A stretch of DNA of 64,000 nt from Octopus sinensis (GCF_006345805.1 NC_043010.1:39370001-39434000), one strand, 5' to 3'; numbered from the stretch's first letter, positions 14,216 through 28,777 are shown. The notes: generated by a model from the letters alone, not told the origin. Numbers and translations: made by a program.

Positions 14216-15140
14216 AGACGTCACACAGTATGCAATATCGTGAGGTTGTTAATTGAAGATAGTGTGTCTGCCGGGGATTTGTACTGTTTGTCAAGTCACA
14301 ACGAGGAAATCAGACAGACAGTATTTTTACGTAATATGCGTGCAGTTCCAAGTAATGCTGACTTTTGCAATACATCTAGAATGTAGAGTATTCCTAAGGT
14401 TTTTAGATGGTTTTTTTTTCCAGATTGGGTGGTACTGAACCCAATGCTCCGATGACAATAGGGATGACCTTTATATTTGACTCTCGTAGCTGCCACATAT
14501 TCGCGAACTCAATTCTCAGATCTCCTTATTTATCAACCTCTTCTCTTTCTTTCAAGTTGATATGTTGATCTCCTGGCACTGCCACGTCAACTATTAGGCA
14601 CTCTTGTTTGTCCCTCCTAAAGTTTACTATATCCAACTTTCGGTTCTCTAATATCTTGTCTGTCTGGAAGTCAAGTCCCAGAGGAGTTTGCCTTCCCCTT
14701 TTCGTCCATTACCTTTTTCCGGTGTATGTTGGTATCAAGCACCCGTAACCGTATATTCATACTTACGGCATTGTAGCTAGTGGACGTTTTGGGCTACCTT
14801 CTCGTATCTACGCTCGTACTATTTCTGTGTAAGACTTTCACAAGCATTAACAATATGAATTATGCTTTCGATCCCCTTCCACACATTCTGCAGACTTCTG
14901 TTGCACTTGCGTGGTATATATTCATTTTCACTATGTTGGTAATCAATGCCTGGTCCTGGGCAGCGATGATTAAGATTTCAGTATTCCTTTTAGGTTACCC
15001 TTGTTAAACCACCGCTATGATTCTTCCTGATCTTTTAACTTGTTCGTTTCACAGTGTAAATGACCATGTAATTCCATGCGGAGTAGGGTGTTCTTGTTCG
15101 GAATTCATGAGCACCCTCAAGTCCATGTTTGTTAAATTTT

Positions 15141-15142
<2 letters not shown>
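14216..15142 (-). mobile_element. R4/Dong-like non-LTR retrotransposon 3' fragment, copy 1
   Basis: Minus-strand translations ..LQKSALLGTARILRK, LWDFDFQTD, KLDIV..RDKQECLIVDVAVPGD and a C-x2-C zinc-knuckle remnant. Flanked by (ATT)n. Confidence 0.88.
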
Positions 15143-15228
<86 letters not shown>

Positions 15229-15287
15229 GATTATTATTATTATTATTATTATCATTATGATTATTATTATTATTATTATTATTATTA

Positions 15288-16402
<1,115 letters not shown>

Positions 16403-16416
16403 TAATATTATTATTA

Positions 16417-16940
16417 CTTTTGCACAGCTTTTAATGCTGGAGATGTATTACATTGTCAGCTGTACACTAACAGTGAACTAAGGTAACACTTCTTATTGTT
16501 CGAGCACCTTGCAGTGTATTCAAGCGGTTCCAAGCAGTGCTGTATTCTGCAAGTGCTCCACCCTTATTGTTGCCCCTCTTTCTTCCACGTACTTCTCAAG
16601 ATTTTTGCAAACTGTTCCCAGGGCTCCAACGATTATTGGTACTACCACTACTTTTTTCATCGACTACAACTGCTTAACATCCCAAGCTAACCTGTTATAT
16701 CTCTCGACTTTTCTTTCTTCCTTATCGTATACCTTGTTGTCAGCTGGTCATGCTATATCTATGATCCAGCATAGTTTGTTTTCTTTCTCAATTAAGACTA
16801 TATCTTGCTTCCTGTTCCCTATCTCCTGGTCGCACTGAATCATAAAATTCCATAGGATCTTTGCATTTCTATTTTCGGCGATGCCTTTAGATTCGTGGTC
16901 GTGCATACATTTTGCTCTTTCAAATCCATATATGATTTTT
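16417..16940 (-). mobile_element. R4/Dong-like retrotransposon 3' fragment (different subfamily)
   Basis: KILWNFMIQCDQEIGNRKQDIVLIEKENKLCWIIDIA and a terminal LQNTALLGTA motif; (ATT)n on both sides. Confidence 0.85.
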
Positions 16941-16976
16941 ATTATTATTGTTGTTATTATTGTTATAATTATTATA

Positions 16977-17059
<83 letters not shown>

Positions 17060-17065
17060 TATTAT

Positions 17066-17344
17066 TCAGCAGTCTAATTTTTATCACGTGCTGTTATTGC
17101 ACAACCGAGCGTAGCTCTGTGTGCCCTGGGTATAGGCTGTGGTTTGTTGTGATGCTCTTATTTTTACTGTATTGAGTATTTTACGTAGGATGTGTGCAGT
17201 GCTTAGTAATGCTATTTTCTGTATGTTATATATATATATGTATTTATTTTATAGAAGGAGCTTCAACAGGACTAGAACTGTTTCATTCTCTGCCATGTAT
17301 TGAGTACCTTATTTACTGTGGTTAACCCCTACTCAACCCGGGAC

Positions 17345-17379
<35 letters not shown>

Positions 17380-17602
17380 ATTCCTGGTATTTTTATTATG
17401 TATGTGTATGAATATTTTTTTATCATACCTAACGCGCCTACAATGATAGAAATTGTTTCTGTTTTTAAACTTCACATTCGAGTTACCTCTAGTTCCCACT
17501 CTTTGTACTCTGATAGCTTCTCGATTTCTTTTACAGACACGTTGTCATCTGTTGGTATTGATATTCCCATTAGAAAGCATTTTTTTCTTGATGATCTCTG
17601 AC

Positions 17603-17637
<35 letters not shown>

Positions 17638-17960
17638 TCTTAATTTCTCTATCTGTGTGTATTGGTATATTCAAATGTATGATTGCTTACTTATTTTCTA
17701 TGACTTCTTCTGGCCTGTGCTTATATCATCTTTCTTTTGTTATTCCATAGTTTTGGTATAGCTTCCAGCGTATATAGATCTCTGTCGTGTCTGTGAATAC
17801 ATTCCTTCTTAGCCAGGACATGGCAGCCAGAGACAATATGGTTTATTGTTTCTTCTCCATCTCCAGATTCTGCAGTTACTTGTTATCTTTTTTTTTTTTA
17901 CTAAATGTTTTTGGTAATTTCTGGTGTGGAAGCTTTAGTCTTGCGTTGCAATTAGAAATT
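17066..17960 (-). mobile_element. R4/Dong-like retrotransposon 3' fragment interrupted by a hammerhead-family insertion
   Basis: Minus strand IQKIALLSTAHILRK end, IWNIPIHTDREIKTN and GMPI/IDVSIP-like motifs. Insertion at 17242-17348 inside an expanded TA site. Confidence 0.8.
17242..17348. mobile_element. Rearranged copy of the 31743-31877 hammerhead element
   Basis: 17242-17288 matches about 31811-31857 in the same orientation; 17288-17348 is the reverse complement of 31743-31803. Confidence 0.8.
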
Positions 17961-18525
17961 CTTGTGTCGCTGCTTTGAGTCCTGAGCTTCTCAGCCATCG
18001 ATGGGATTTTGCTTTGTGTATTTTTTCTGTTACGTTTAACCCAGTAGGGCCACAAGTACTAATGGGAATTATATCCTATGTAAAATCACTCGAAAAGGCT
18101 ATAAAACTTGGAACATAGTATGTCAGTTAAAATGTACTGAGGGTGAGTACACACAATGTATCGCATTTTAACTTGGTGAAAATGCAAGTAGCGTGGTTGA
18201 GAAGATGGAGGACACTAGCAAGAATATACAGAGTGAAATTTTGAGTTGAATCTGTAACAGCATGTATATGACAATATGGCGATATTTTGTATAACATAAA
18301 AAATAAAATGTGTATAACCCAGCATTAAAACAAATTCATGTAACCTTAAACAAAACAGGAAAAGACCGATGTAAAAAGGAAAAAAGGAATAGCAATAACC
18401 CTACTACTGCAACACATAGACATAAATCTCGCCTTCATCAAATTTTAGGGCGATCCGTGTCCAAGCGTGTGTGTACATATGAGCATGCGAAACGTGAATG
18501 TTTACACGTGCGCAAATTTATAATT

Positions 18526-19396
18526 ATCTAGATATGAAATTGATTCTACGCCTGTCTTTCCATTGGCACGACTCCTCTACTCATATAATGTAACAGGTTC
18601 ACCTCTCTGCCTTAATTTTCAAATATTTTATTTCCTTAACCGTTCCGGCATTTTGACTGTCAAAATGCTAGGGTTTTACCACATGGGGTGAATATCAAAC
18701 TTTTGAAAATTACTCTTGCAATATTGAGTAACTTGTTGAATAAGGACGTGTTCTTTTTTATTTGCTACGATGGTATAATAGTTTTTCCTATTTTGATGGA
18801 ATAGTTTTCGACGAGTTTTGTATATTAATTTTACAAGGTGATAAACAGTATTTGTTACAAGAAGGTTTCTCTTAATAGGTTCATCCTAATTTTTTCACTG
18901 GAGGCTTTTAACTTGTAGTGGGTTTAATTTCTCAATATATTTTATTTACGTTTACATGTTTCCTTTGTTGAAATATGTGTTTGTGGGAATTTATCGTTTA
19001 TAACGTACAAGCAGTGCCACCCAGTGTTGCTTGGGTTTGTTTCGACGCTTTAGAATTAGAATTTTTGAAAAGTAAAAATTTTGCATTATGCAACTTGTTC
19101 TTCTCTTCAAGTGAACATTTTTGTAGTTGAAATAGACCGAAAAATGGTAACACAGCAGTCAAAAATCGTAAAAAATTGGGATTTTCATAGAAAAAAAGCA
19201 CCTTTTTGATGTAAATAATATTTGGTGTTAACATGGTCCGATTTGAATTTTATCTTCTACAGAATGAAGAGCAAGCCTTCTTCTATCATACTCTCAATTT
19301 TGGTCAACTTGCGTCGCAGGGTCTCGAAGGAGATAGTGTTAGTTGAAGGCTACCAAACCTGTCACACACAGACAACTTCAGCTTTATATAGAGAGA
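18526..19396 (-). mobile_element. Non-autonomous Helitron-like element
   Basis: Minus strand starts A|TCTCTCTATATAAAGCTGAAGTTGTCTGTGTGTG. A candidate CTAG 3' end lies near 18528, but the left boundary is uncertain. Confidence 0.45.
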
Positions 19397-19447
19397 TTTG
19401 TTACACACTACTTTCCATCCTTAATAATGAAACTTGGTAGATCCAAA

Positions 19448-20119
19448 AGTTAAACACACAGACACACACACAGATACACACACAGACACACAAGTTGAGT
19501 TTTATATATATAGATTTCTCAACGGGGATTTCAGGGGATAGTTTCAGGGAGTCGCTGGCGATGTATCGTGATGATCAAAAATCCGACCTGCTAAAATTTA
19601 GTTAAAGTGATTCAAACTGCAGACTCAAGCCAAAATGGTCACATTTAATTCAAAGCGTTAAAAATATTATGAAAACAATTGGTATGTATTCACAAACTCC
19701 AAACGATTAATACGAAAAAACCCTCCAGGCAACATCCCGAAAATTCATTTCTTTGCTGAATTTCTACAATGTTTACGGTGATTCGTTTTTATATCTTGAT
19801 TTTTTAAAATTTTTCATGCAATTTACGCATGCTTGCACGCGTGGTGAACACAGTTCACGTCAAACAGCTGACTGAGTAAAGTTCACTATTCAATGCATGG
19901 GATAAGGCCTAAACAACCACATTATTGATTTTTGCACTTGCGAGATGAATTTAGGAACAGAAATAGCGCAGTTCAATTTCCATTCGCCTAAACATTAAGT
20001 GACTCGTTTTTGGTGGTTCTATGATTTGTTGGTTAGGAGGATATGTGCCGGAAGTTAAACACACAGACACACACACAGATACACACACATATACACAAGT
20101 TGAGTTTTATATATATAGA
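19448..20119 (-). mobile_element. Two Helitron-like 5' ends forming a direct repeat of about 67 bp (19448-19514 and 20052-20119)
   Basis: Both read aagttaaacacacagacacacacacagatacacacaca..acacaagttgagttttatatatataga; the minus strand begins TCTATATATATAAAA. Confidence 0.55.
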
Positions 20120-20728
20120 AGTTTCCATGGCTATAAATAATTCATCCTAATCATGAATATACATATTAAGATCTAGATATGTAGGTAGGAAACTTGAGTA
20201 TAGAGCTATATATTCGTTGCATACGCATATGATATATGAGTGTAGGTATACAATCTACGTCGATATATGAAAATAAACCGTGCATCATTCAACTACTGGA
20301 GTAGAATAATATTCTTAAGACCGCAATTTACTCGCACGCAGCATCTTTCAGAGTTTGTCGCTAATTCAGTCCTTAACCAAATTGAAAGCTACATTTTGAC
20401 ATAAAAAATTGAGATTTCGTCCAGTAAAAAAAAAAGTTACATCAAAATATGTAGCAACGTTACAGGAGAGTAAGTAACGCCTCCAATCAAGTTTAGATCT
20501 AGATAATATTTTTATATTAGCTTCAATGATAGAAGAAAGAATGAGGAATTTTAAGGTTGAGGTTCCGTGCAACAGAAATTGCGTGTTTACATGCCCGTAG
20601 TTTATTGGTTTAGTTAGAACTTTAGAAAAATACATTGGATTGTTGATCTGTTCGACTAAATTCTCCAAAGCAGTGCCCGAAACCGCTATTTAAACACAAA
20701 ATCAAGTTAAAGTACATATTTCTCTCTC

Positions 20729-20766
<38 letters not shown>

Positions 20767-20798
20767 CATCTATCTATCTATCTATCTATCTATCTATA

Positions 20799-20840
<42 letters not shown>

Positions 20841-20947
20841 ATTGTCTGTATGTTTGTCTGTTTATCTATCTATCCATCTATATATCTGTCTATCTATCTA
20901 TCTATCTATCTATTTATCTATCAATCTATCTATCTATCTATCTATCC

Positions 20948-20983
<36 letters not shown>

Positions 20984-20985
20984 AC

Positions 20986-21023
<38 letters not shown>

Positions 21024-21171
21024 GTCTATAATGGAGAGATATACGTTCCTAGAGTTGTATAGCACATTCATTCAAGCCCACACACATACAGACACATGCA
21101 ATTATACAAGCAGACACATAAATCGATATATCTGCAAACACACACACATACACACGTACATATAATTATAT

Positions 21172-21366
21172 AAGTGAAGCGAACGTCTTGCCACATGTGT
21201 CGATCAGTGTTCGAAATTAGGAGTAGATAGAAAGCCGGCAACTCATGAGAAGTCATTCTTTTTGTTACTTCTCCTGTTTTCTATTTGTTTCTCTCGTTGT
21301 TTGCGTATTGAGCTCATTTCTTTTCGTATTTCATGTTGTTCACTGTTGGTGACGTCCTGTATCCGT
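21172..21366 (+). mobile_element. Microsatellite-embedded repeat family P2 (Penelope-like remnant)
   Basis: TCGAAA..aactcatgag..T-rich tract..gacgtcctgtatccgta. Related to 40190-40350(-), 47050-47400(-), 45962-46142, 49660-49895 and 52134-52360. Confidence 0.5.
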
Positions 21367-21372
21367 ATATGC

Positions 21373-21428
<56 letters not shown>

Positions 21429-21454
21429 ATGTATACACATATTTATATATATAT

Positions 21455-21610
21455 GCGAAAGAGTGGCTGTGTGGTAAGTAGCTGGTTTATCGACAACATG
21501 GTTCCTGGTTCAGTCCCACTGCGTTGCACCTTGTCTGCTACTATAGCTGCTGGCCGACTAAAGCCTTGTGAGTAGATTTGGTAGATGGAAACTGAAAGAA
21601 GCCCGTCGTA
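21455..21610 (+). mobile_element. SINE family A, tRNA-derived head
   Basis: Box A-like gtggctgtgtgg and box B-like ggttcagtccc, followed by aaagccttgtgagtagatttggtagatggaaactgaaagaagcccgtcg. Confidence 0.85.
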
Positions 21611-21685
21611 TATATGCATATACATATTCATTTATATATATATACATATATACACACACACACACCCATATATATATATATATAT

Positions 21686-21924
21686 CTAAAGTTAATCCAA
21701 ACAAGAAAACACAGAAAAAAAGAGAAAAAATGAGAAAAAAACACACCAACGCAGGACGTGGAGCAATTAAAGTATTATTGACGCTCAGGAAAGAAGGGAA
21801 GGAGGGTTTAACGTTTCGAGCGGAGCTCTTCGTCGGAAAAAAGGAGAAGGAAAGATCCCAAGGAGGGAAGACAGAGGAGAAAATATTTGAGCTGGTAGTG
21901 CTCAAGAGATCACATGTTGAAAGG
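21686..21924 (-). mobile_element. Penelope-like remnant with hammerhead-like motif at about 21807-21840
   Basis: Minus strand tttt-CCGACGA-aGAGCtccGCTC-GAAACGTT-aaa; (TA)n on both sides. Confidence 0.6.
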
Positions 21925-22811
21925 ATATATATATATATATATATATATATTCATGTGCTATTAAGTTTGGTCATTCTCGTGCACCGTTTACGTTAGTTTA
22001 CTTCATGTTTCTATATTCATATTTTTGCACCCATCGTCATATGGTATTTAATTGTTATCTAATCCATTTGCTTTCAAACTGACATTTTGTTTACACTAAA
22101 GGGGGAAACTATAAAACTAATCTTATATGAATATCAAGCATGGAGCCAAGAGCACTCGTTTTTCGTGAGAAAATATTTATTAACACATAATTATAGCATA
22201 TCCGATTATCACGATGTAAAATAAAGATACGCAACAGGCCATGCTATTATTGTAATTGTTTCATGTCTCTATCACAAATATTTAAAATATTTCTGTAAAC
22301 ATTCAAACAACAAGGTGAACAGGTATGGAATAGGTTATGATTGTGGTTCGTGAGACGAGGAAACAATACGAAAGATTAAAGTAAATGTTGGCAAAATTCG
22401 CAGCCACATTGCAACAGGTGTTAAAATGAGAATAGCAGCACTACGGATCGAACGTCAGATGGCTTATTGTAATTGAGAAAATCTGATAAATTTAAATATT
22501 TTCGAAAATTACAAATACGCGTCTTACTTATAGAAGAGCAAAGAAAAAAGATAATCTGATATTTAGTGCGTGTGAATTTTGTAGAAAAACTTCATGTAGC
22601 ATATGCACTTATTTTTTCAAAAATGCAAGAATGGACTATTAATAATAAAACTGCAAGAATAGATTGACTAAGAGGAGACACATGGGATGGGCAGTCGCTG
22701 AAGAGGTCACAGGCGGCTTGACGAAAGATTACCAGAGAAAAGACATATCATTAGAACAATAATAAGTCTGAAGTGAAGAACATATATACAAGGCGTATGT
22801 TTATTTACAAT

Positions 22812-22950
22812 AGGCGTAGGAATGGCTGTGTGGTTAGTAGCTTGCTTACGAGCCACATTGGCAAGTGTCTTTTACTATAGCCTCGGGCTGACCAAAGCCT
22901 TGTGAGTGGATTTGGTAGACGGAAAGTGAAGGAAACCCGTCGTATATATA

Positions 22951-22982
<32 letters not shown>

Positions 22983-22984
22983 GC

Positions 22985-23017
<33 letters not shown>

Positions 23018-23255
23018 TGTGTGTGCGTGTGTGGTGTGTGGTGTGTGTGTGGTGTGTGTGTGTGTGTGTGTTTGTGTCTGTGTTTATTCCCCCAACATCA
23101 CTTGACAACCGATGCTGATGTGTTTACGTCACCGCAACCCCACGGTTCGGCAAAAGAAACCGATAGAATAAGTACTAAGCTTCTAAAGAATAAGTCCAGG
23201 GGTCAATTTGCTCGACATGGCCTCAGTAAAATGACTGAAACAAGTAAAAGAGAGT
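22812..23255 (+). mobile_element. SINE family A, near full length with internal microsatellite
   Basis: Head, then a (TA)/(TG)n spacer, then the tail cttgacaaccgatgctg...aaatgactgaaacaagtaaaaga. Confidence 0.88.
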
Positions 23256-23695
23256 AAGAAGAGAATAAATAAATAAATAAATAAATAAAAAATAAATAAA
23301 TGACCATCCTGGAATATAAAAATATCTGTTTCAACACATTATTTCACATCAGGAATCTTGCAGAACAAATGCATAAATGTAACGTTTAGCGAATTTGTAC
23401 AGCAATTTGGACTTAAGCAGGTTCGATCCCACTATCTGGCCTCTTTAGTGATGTGTATTCCACTGAAGCATCGTGTCATTTCAAGCATCGTGGGTAAAAA
23501 TGAGTAAATAGGAACAGCGTAGAAGTTCGTCACATGCTAAATATCGATGACTGAAAATGCGAAGCGTATCATATCATATGTCACATTAATACTGTCTTAT
23601 CAGTAAACAAATGTGTACAACGTTCTCTGGAATATGCAAGCTAATTTAACGAGTCGTATTTGTATGTCTTGATCAAAAATTCACGTTCGCATAAG

Positions 23696-23815
<120 letters not shown>

Positions 23816-23934
23816 AAAACATAAGTTGGCCGAAATTTAGTTGGGACGTGTGAATTATTCAGACACTGATTTTTTATGAGATAAGAAACAAGATTTGCAA
23901 TCTCTGCGGTATGTTTTTTCTCAACTAATTCCGT

Positions 23935-24100
23935 CTCAGAAATCTTAGTTTTGAATCGACATGAGGAAGGAATTTCTTCTTAAATGATTCATCGTACTTG
24001 TTTCAGCGAGTCAACATGAAGTTACGAAGATGCTGAATTTCTGAATAATTTACAATAAAGTTTTGATGTTGGCTGAATATAACAAACTCTGTGTTGGACT
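23935..24100 (+). repeat. Old unclassified dispersed repeat, copy 1
   Basis: Aligns by eye with about 35332-35497 (aaatctyagtwttgaatc...gattcatc.tactt.tttcag...atgaagtta...gaattyctgaataattta...gttggctgaat). Confidence 0.6.
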
Positions 24101-24147
24101 GTTCAAGGTAGTTAAAAAGAAAACAATTTAATGATATGTATCTACCT

Positions 24148-24308
24148 ATGCGCAAGAGTGGCTGTGTGGTAAGAAGTTTGCTTCCCAAACGCATGGTTCT
24201 GTGTTCAGTCCTACTGCGTGGAACGTTGGGCAAGTGTTTCCGACGAAACCCTCGGACCGACCGAGAAAAACATACTATGTCCGCGCTGACAAATTGGTAA
24301 AATTCATT

Positions 24309-24343
<35 letters not shown>

Positions 24344-24545
24344 TGTATATTTATATATGTATGTGTGTCTGTGTTTGTCTCCCCACCATTGTTTGACAAC
24401 CGATTTTGTCGTGTTTACGTCCCTGTAACCTAGTGGAATAAATACCAGGCTTACAAAGGGTAAATCTTGGGGGCGATTTGTTCAACTAAAAGCGGTGCCC
24501 CGGCATAACCGCAGTCAAATGACTGAAGCAAGTAAAAGAATAAAA
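24148..24545 (+). mobile_element. SINE family A
   Basis: Head and tail match the other family A copies; the middle is rearranged. Confidence 0.8.
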
Positions 24546-24549
24546 GATC

Positions 24550-24580
<31 letters not shown>

Positions 24581-25829
24581 ATATATATATATAATATCTA
24601 TATATATATATACGTATGCGGGCATGTACATGCGTACATGACACATCCATACATGCGTACAGGCATATATTTGCAGAATATGTCGAAATCATATGACAAA
24701 AATAATACAAATTTGGATTGCGTAATGACTTAATTGCTTACTTATGAATTCAAATTAAATTCAAATGCAGTCAATTTAAACTTCTTAGCTTTAGAAATTA
24801 AAATATGGAGCATTAAATTGTATTCATTGTATACATGTATTTATATGAGAGTGTCTACGTGCATAATCCGCACGCATACATGCATTTCTTCATAGATTTT
24901 GGCTGATTCCTGTTCATGGTAATTTCTGAAATAAGTTTCATATTATTTTACTTTCTGTTATTTATACTGCTTTAAATATGAGATTTCATTTAAACTAGAG
25001 CCTAATTATATACTATAATTAAATAACATTTAGGAATTTGAGAATAAATAAGTTCTTTGTTACTCCGCATGCTATAGCGAGTCGACGTAAAATGGTACCC
25101 AGTTTGGTATCAGATGAACAGCGATGCATAATCACGTCGCTTTCGACAACCAATCGGCATTAATGCATATACACAAAAGCTTTGGGTACCAGTAATTATT
25201 GAGGCCCATGTACTTCACATCTGTTACTGAAGAAGTAGTAGTGGTTCTTGTATATAAGCATGTACATGTTATTTGTAATAATGAATTATTATGTTAGAAA
25301 AAAAATATTCGACACCCCATGCATGATCTGTGCATCTTGGAAAAGATAAGTATACATTTTTTAACGAACAGTCAAAGACTTGAAAAGGATGCAAAGCAAT
25401 CTGGCGTAGAATGATTTGTCACTGTTTCTCAGAAAGATGAGTGAAGACCGCAAAAATAAACCAGAAAAAAAGAGAAACAAAAAGCGGTCATCTTAAACTA
25501 TATACCATTAGAATAGCTCTAACCAAGCATTAGATGATATGAATAGAAATCCCCCCCCCCAAAAAAAAATTATTAGATTTAGTTTAAGAAATGAATCTAT
25601 AAACTTATTATTAAACGGAAAACTAAGTAATATGAAATAATACCAAGAAAGTCATCCATACATGAATGCCAAATTTAAGTATTCTTCAGATCAAGAAACG
25701 AAGATGGATTGCAACAAGCTGTCAGAAAGTCATAAATAGTGATGAGATCAAAATTTCAGTTACACAGAGCGATGGATTGAAATATGAGTTGTATGCCAAA
25801 CGTTTAATTACTGTAATTCTTTATTTTCT

Positions 25830-26265
25830 TTATTTCTTTATTTGTTTCCGTTATTTGACTGCGACCATGCTGGAGCACTATATTTAGTCGAGCAAGTCGA
25901 CCCCAGGACTTATTCTTTGTACATCTAAGTTTGGGATTCATGTATGGATGACTTATTCTTTGTAAGCCTAGTACTTTTTTCTATCGATCTCTCTTGCCGA
26001 ACCGCTAAGTTACGGGGACGTAAACACACCAGCATCGGCTGTGAAGCGATGGGGAGATACAAACACAAACACAAAAACATATACATACATATATACATAT
26101 ATACGACGGGATTATTTCAGTCTCCGTCTACCAAATCCACTCACAAGGGTTTGGTCGGACCGAGGCTATAGTAGAAGACACTTGCCCAAGGTGCCACGCA
26201 GTTAGACTGAACGGGGAAACATGTAGTTGGTAAGCAAGCTACTTACCACACAGCCACTCCTGAGC
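25830..26265 (-). mobile_element. SINE family A, full length
   Basis: Reverse complement of the family consensus. Contains a 28-bp insert flanked by a 15-bp duplication. Confidence 0.9.
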
Positions 26266-26294
26266 CTTTTTACGTTGTATTGAAATATGAGTTT

Positions 26295-26495
26295 TTAATT
26301 TTGGCACCAGGCCGGCAATTTCGATGATGGGGGTGCAGCCAAATACATCGACCCTAGAGCTTAATCGTCACTTGTTTTAACCGACCACAAAAAGATGAAA
26401 GGCAAAACAACCTCGGCGGCAAAACAACTCAGAATATGAAGACCGACGAAGTGTCACTAAGGATTTTGTCCGGTGTACTAACGATCCCGCCAGTA
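26295..26495 (-). mobile_element. SINE family B, diverged
   Basis: ggcaccaggcc...gatgaaaggcaaa..acctcggcgg...aacgatcccgccag. Confidence 0.7.
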
Positions 26496-26609
26496 CGCTG
26501 TATTGAAATAGAGATTTCAAATTTTGGCACAAGGTAAGTTTGTATCGAAATTTTGAGAAGGAAACCAAAATGGCAAGAAATGTAATGTGGATATCTTAGA
26601 ATTTTATTT

Positions 26610-26935
26610 ACTAATCAAGTGGTCTTGATTTCAGTCCTGCAGCGCCTGGGAAGAATATCTTCTTTAATTCCAGGTCAACTAAATCTTTTTGAGTGAATTA
26701 GGTAGACGGAAACTAAAAGAAGCCCATCCTGTATGTATTTTACCCCCGTGACTGTTTGGCGATCGCTGTTGACTTCTTAACATACCTATAACCAAGCGGT
26801 TCGGCATAAGATACTAATAGAATATGTAACGGACTTTTAAAGATTACGTGATGGTGTCAAATCGTTCCTCTAAAACTCTTGAAGGAGGTATCCCAGCATG
26901 GCTGCAGTCCAATGACAGAAAGAAGTGAAAGATGG
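26610..26935 (+). mobile_element. SINE family A, old diverged copy
   Basis: ggtagacggaaactaaaagaagccc and cccagcatggctgcagtccaatgac match family A. Confidence 0.65.
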
Positions 26936-27690
26936 AATCCTGATAATGAATACCACAATTTCACTAGAATCTGACGAAGCAGTTTTTCAGCAAGACATAA
27001 ACCCATGTGAATTCTGCATGAAAAGTTTAAAAGATCATAAAATCCATTTTCTACATTGACTTAGAAATTGTACTTAATCCGAGAGAAAATTTATGGCGAC
27101 CAATCAAGAGACATGTATTGATTCAGTAAGCCATCAACAAAACACTAATGACTGAAACGGTCATTAATGCCAGGTACAAAATCGTAAATTCTGAAGAGTT
27201 GAAGAATATAATTGCTTCCACGCAACGGAAAATTAAAGAAATAATTAAAATAAAAGGCTATCAGGCTAAATACAAGTATAAAACATCGTATAGTAAATTA
27301 AATAAAAACAGCGCAGACTTTCTAATAGGTTTCATATAGCAATGCTTTTGTTGACATTCATGTTTTCGTGTGTTTAAGTCTCTTAGATACTCAGTCAATG
27401 AACAATATAAACTTGAATGTAACATGCAGTGGAGAACAATAAAATGGCCATGATGAAGAGAGAAAATTATACAATTTGAAAAAACACAAATAATGGGTAA
27501 TAGAAATAAAGGAAAAGAAAATATTGGATTTTCTCTTCGTTTCTCACTTTCGATATAAATGCAAACATGCAGCCATAAATGGAGAGCCGTACATGTACAG
27601 AAGCACGCGCTCATGATCAAATTCAGTGTGTATTTATATACACACACATACACATGGCCATATACACATATACAAAGACGTACATATAAT

Positions 27691-27804
27691 CAGTGGCGAA
27701 CTGGGTTTAGAAATATTGGTTGCCAGGAGATTAAGCGGGTCCAGCCGCAAGTACAAGGGGGCCCACCCGCAACTACAATGCAATCATTTATTTTTTTATT
27801 TCTG

Positions 27805-27861
<57 letters not shown>

Positions 27862-28089
27862 GTTATTATTGTTATTGTTGTTGTTGTTGTTGTTGTTAAA
27901 AGTATTCTTTTCAACTGTCTACAGCCAGGCTGAAATAATTAATGCATTCTTCTTGGAGTGAATAAAAAATTCTCAAACTTGAGGTGATGGGCCACTTAGA
28001 TGCTAACATGTGCCCCCATATATGGATTCTATTGGCGCAGGGACCCACTTGCCATCAGGCAAGCTGGTAACCTGGCTAGTCTGCCACTG
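27691..28089. mobile_element. hAT-type MITE
   Basis: Imperfect TIRs cagtggcgaactgg / ctagtctgccactg and an 8-bp TSD catataat / tatataat (7 of 8 match). Internal (ATT)n expansion. Confidence 0.7.
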
Positions 28090-28223
28090 TATATAATCAT
28101 ATACACATACACGCATATATTTGTGTGTATGTTTGTGTGTGTGCTTGTGTGTGTGTGTATTTGTATATTTGTGCATGTACTTATATATGTGTGTACGTGT
28201 ATGTGAGTGTGTCTTTGAAAATG

Positions 28224-28626
28224 CACGAAGCGGTGCTGAAAATTTCCTGGTGTTAAAGGTATCACGAAAGGCCTGATTGAGGGCCCAACTGGGCCAAATG
28301 ATGCAAAAATGACATTGGAAAAACTACAGGAGTTGGAGTTGGACGTCCTCCATCATCCACCATACTCAGCTGACCTTGTCCCCACTGACTACCACTTCTT
28401 CCAGAAGTTGGAAAACTTTTTGATAGGCAAAGAAATTTCCAAGATTTTATTGACTCTAGATTTCCAGGATTTTGCAGTTCCGGGCTGGGCAAACTACCGC
28501 TGAAATGGCTAAAGTGTATTGACAATAAATGTGCATATTTTGATGAATAAAACTATTCCTTGTATTTATAAAACATTAGCAAACATTTTTTTTCTATTCT
28601 ACAAAAATCTTACTTGACGACCTAAT
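28224..28626 (+). mobile_element. Internally deleted mariner (transposase C-terminal fragment plus 3' TIR)
   Basis: ORF 28309-28503 contains HPPYSADLVPTDYHFF (YSPDLAP-D motif). Ends ttgacgacctaa-TA. Confidence 0.85.
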
Positions 28627-28647
28627 AAAATAATAATAATAATAATA

Positions 28648-28690
<43 letters not shown>

Positions 28691-28715
28691 TAATAATAAT
28701 AATAATGATAATAAC

Positions 28716-28777
<62 letters not shown>

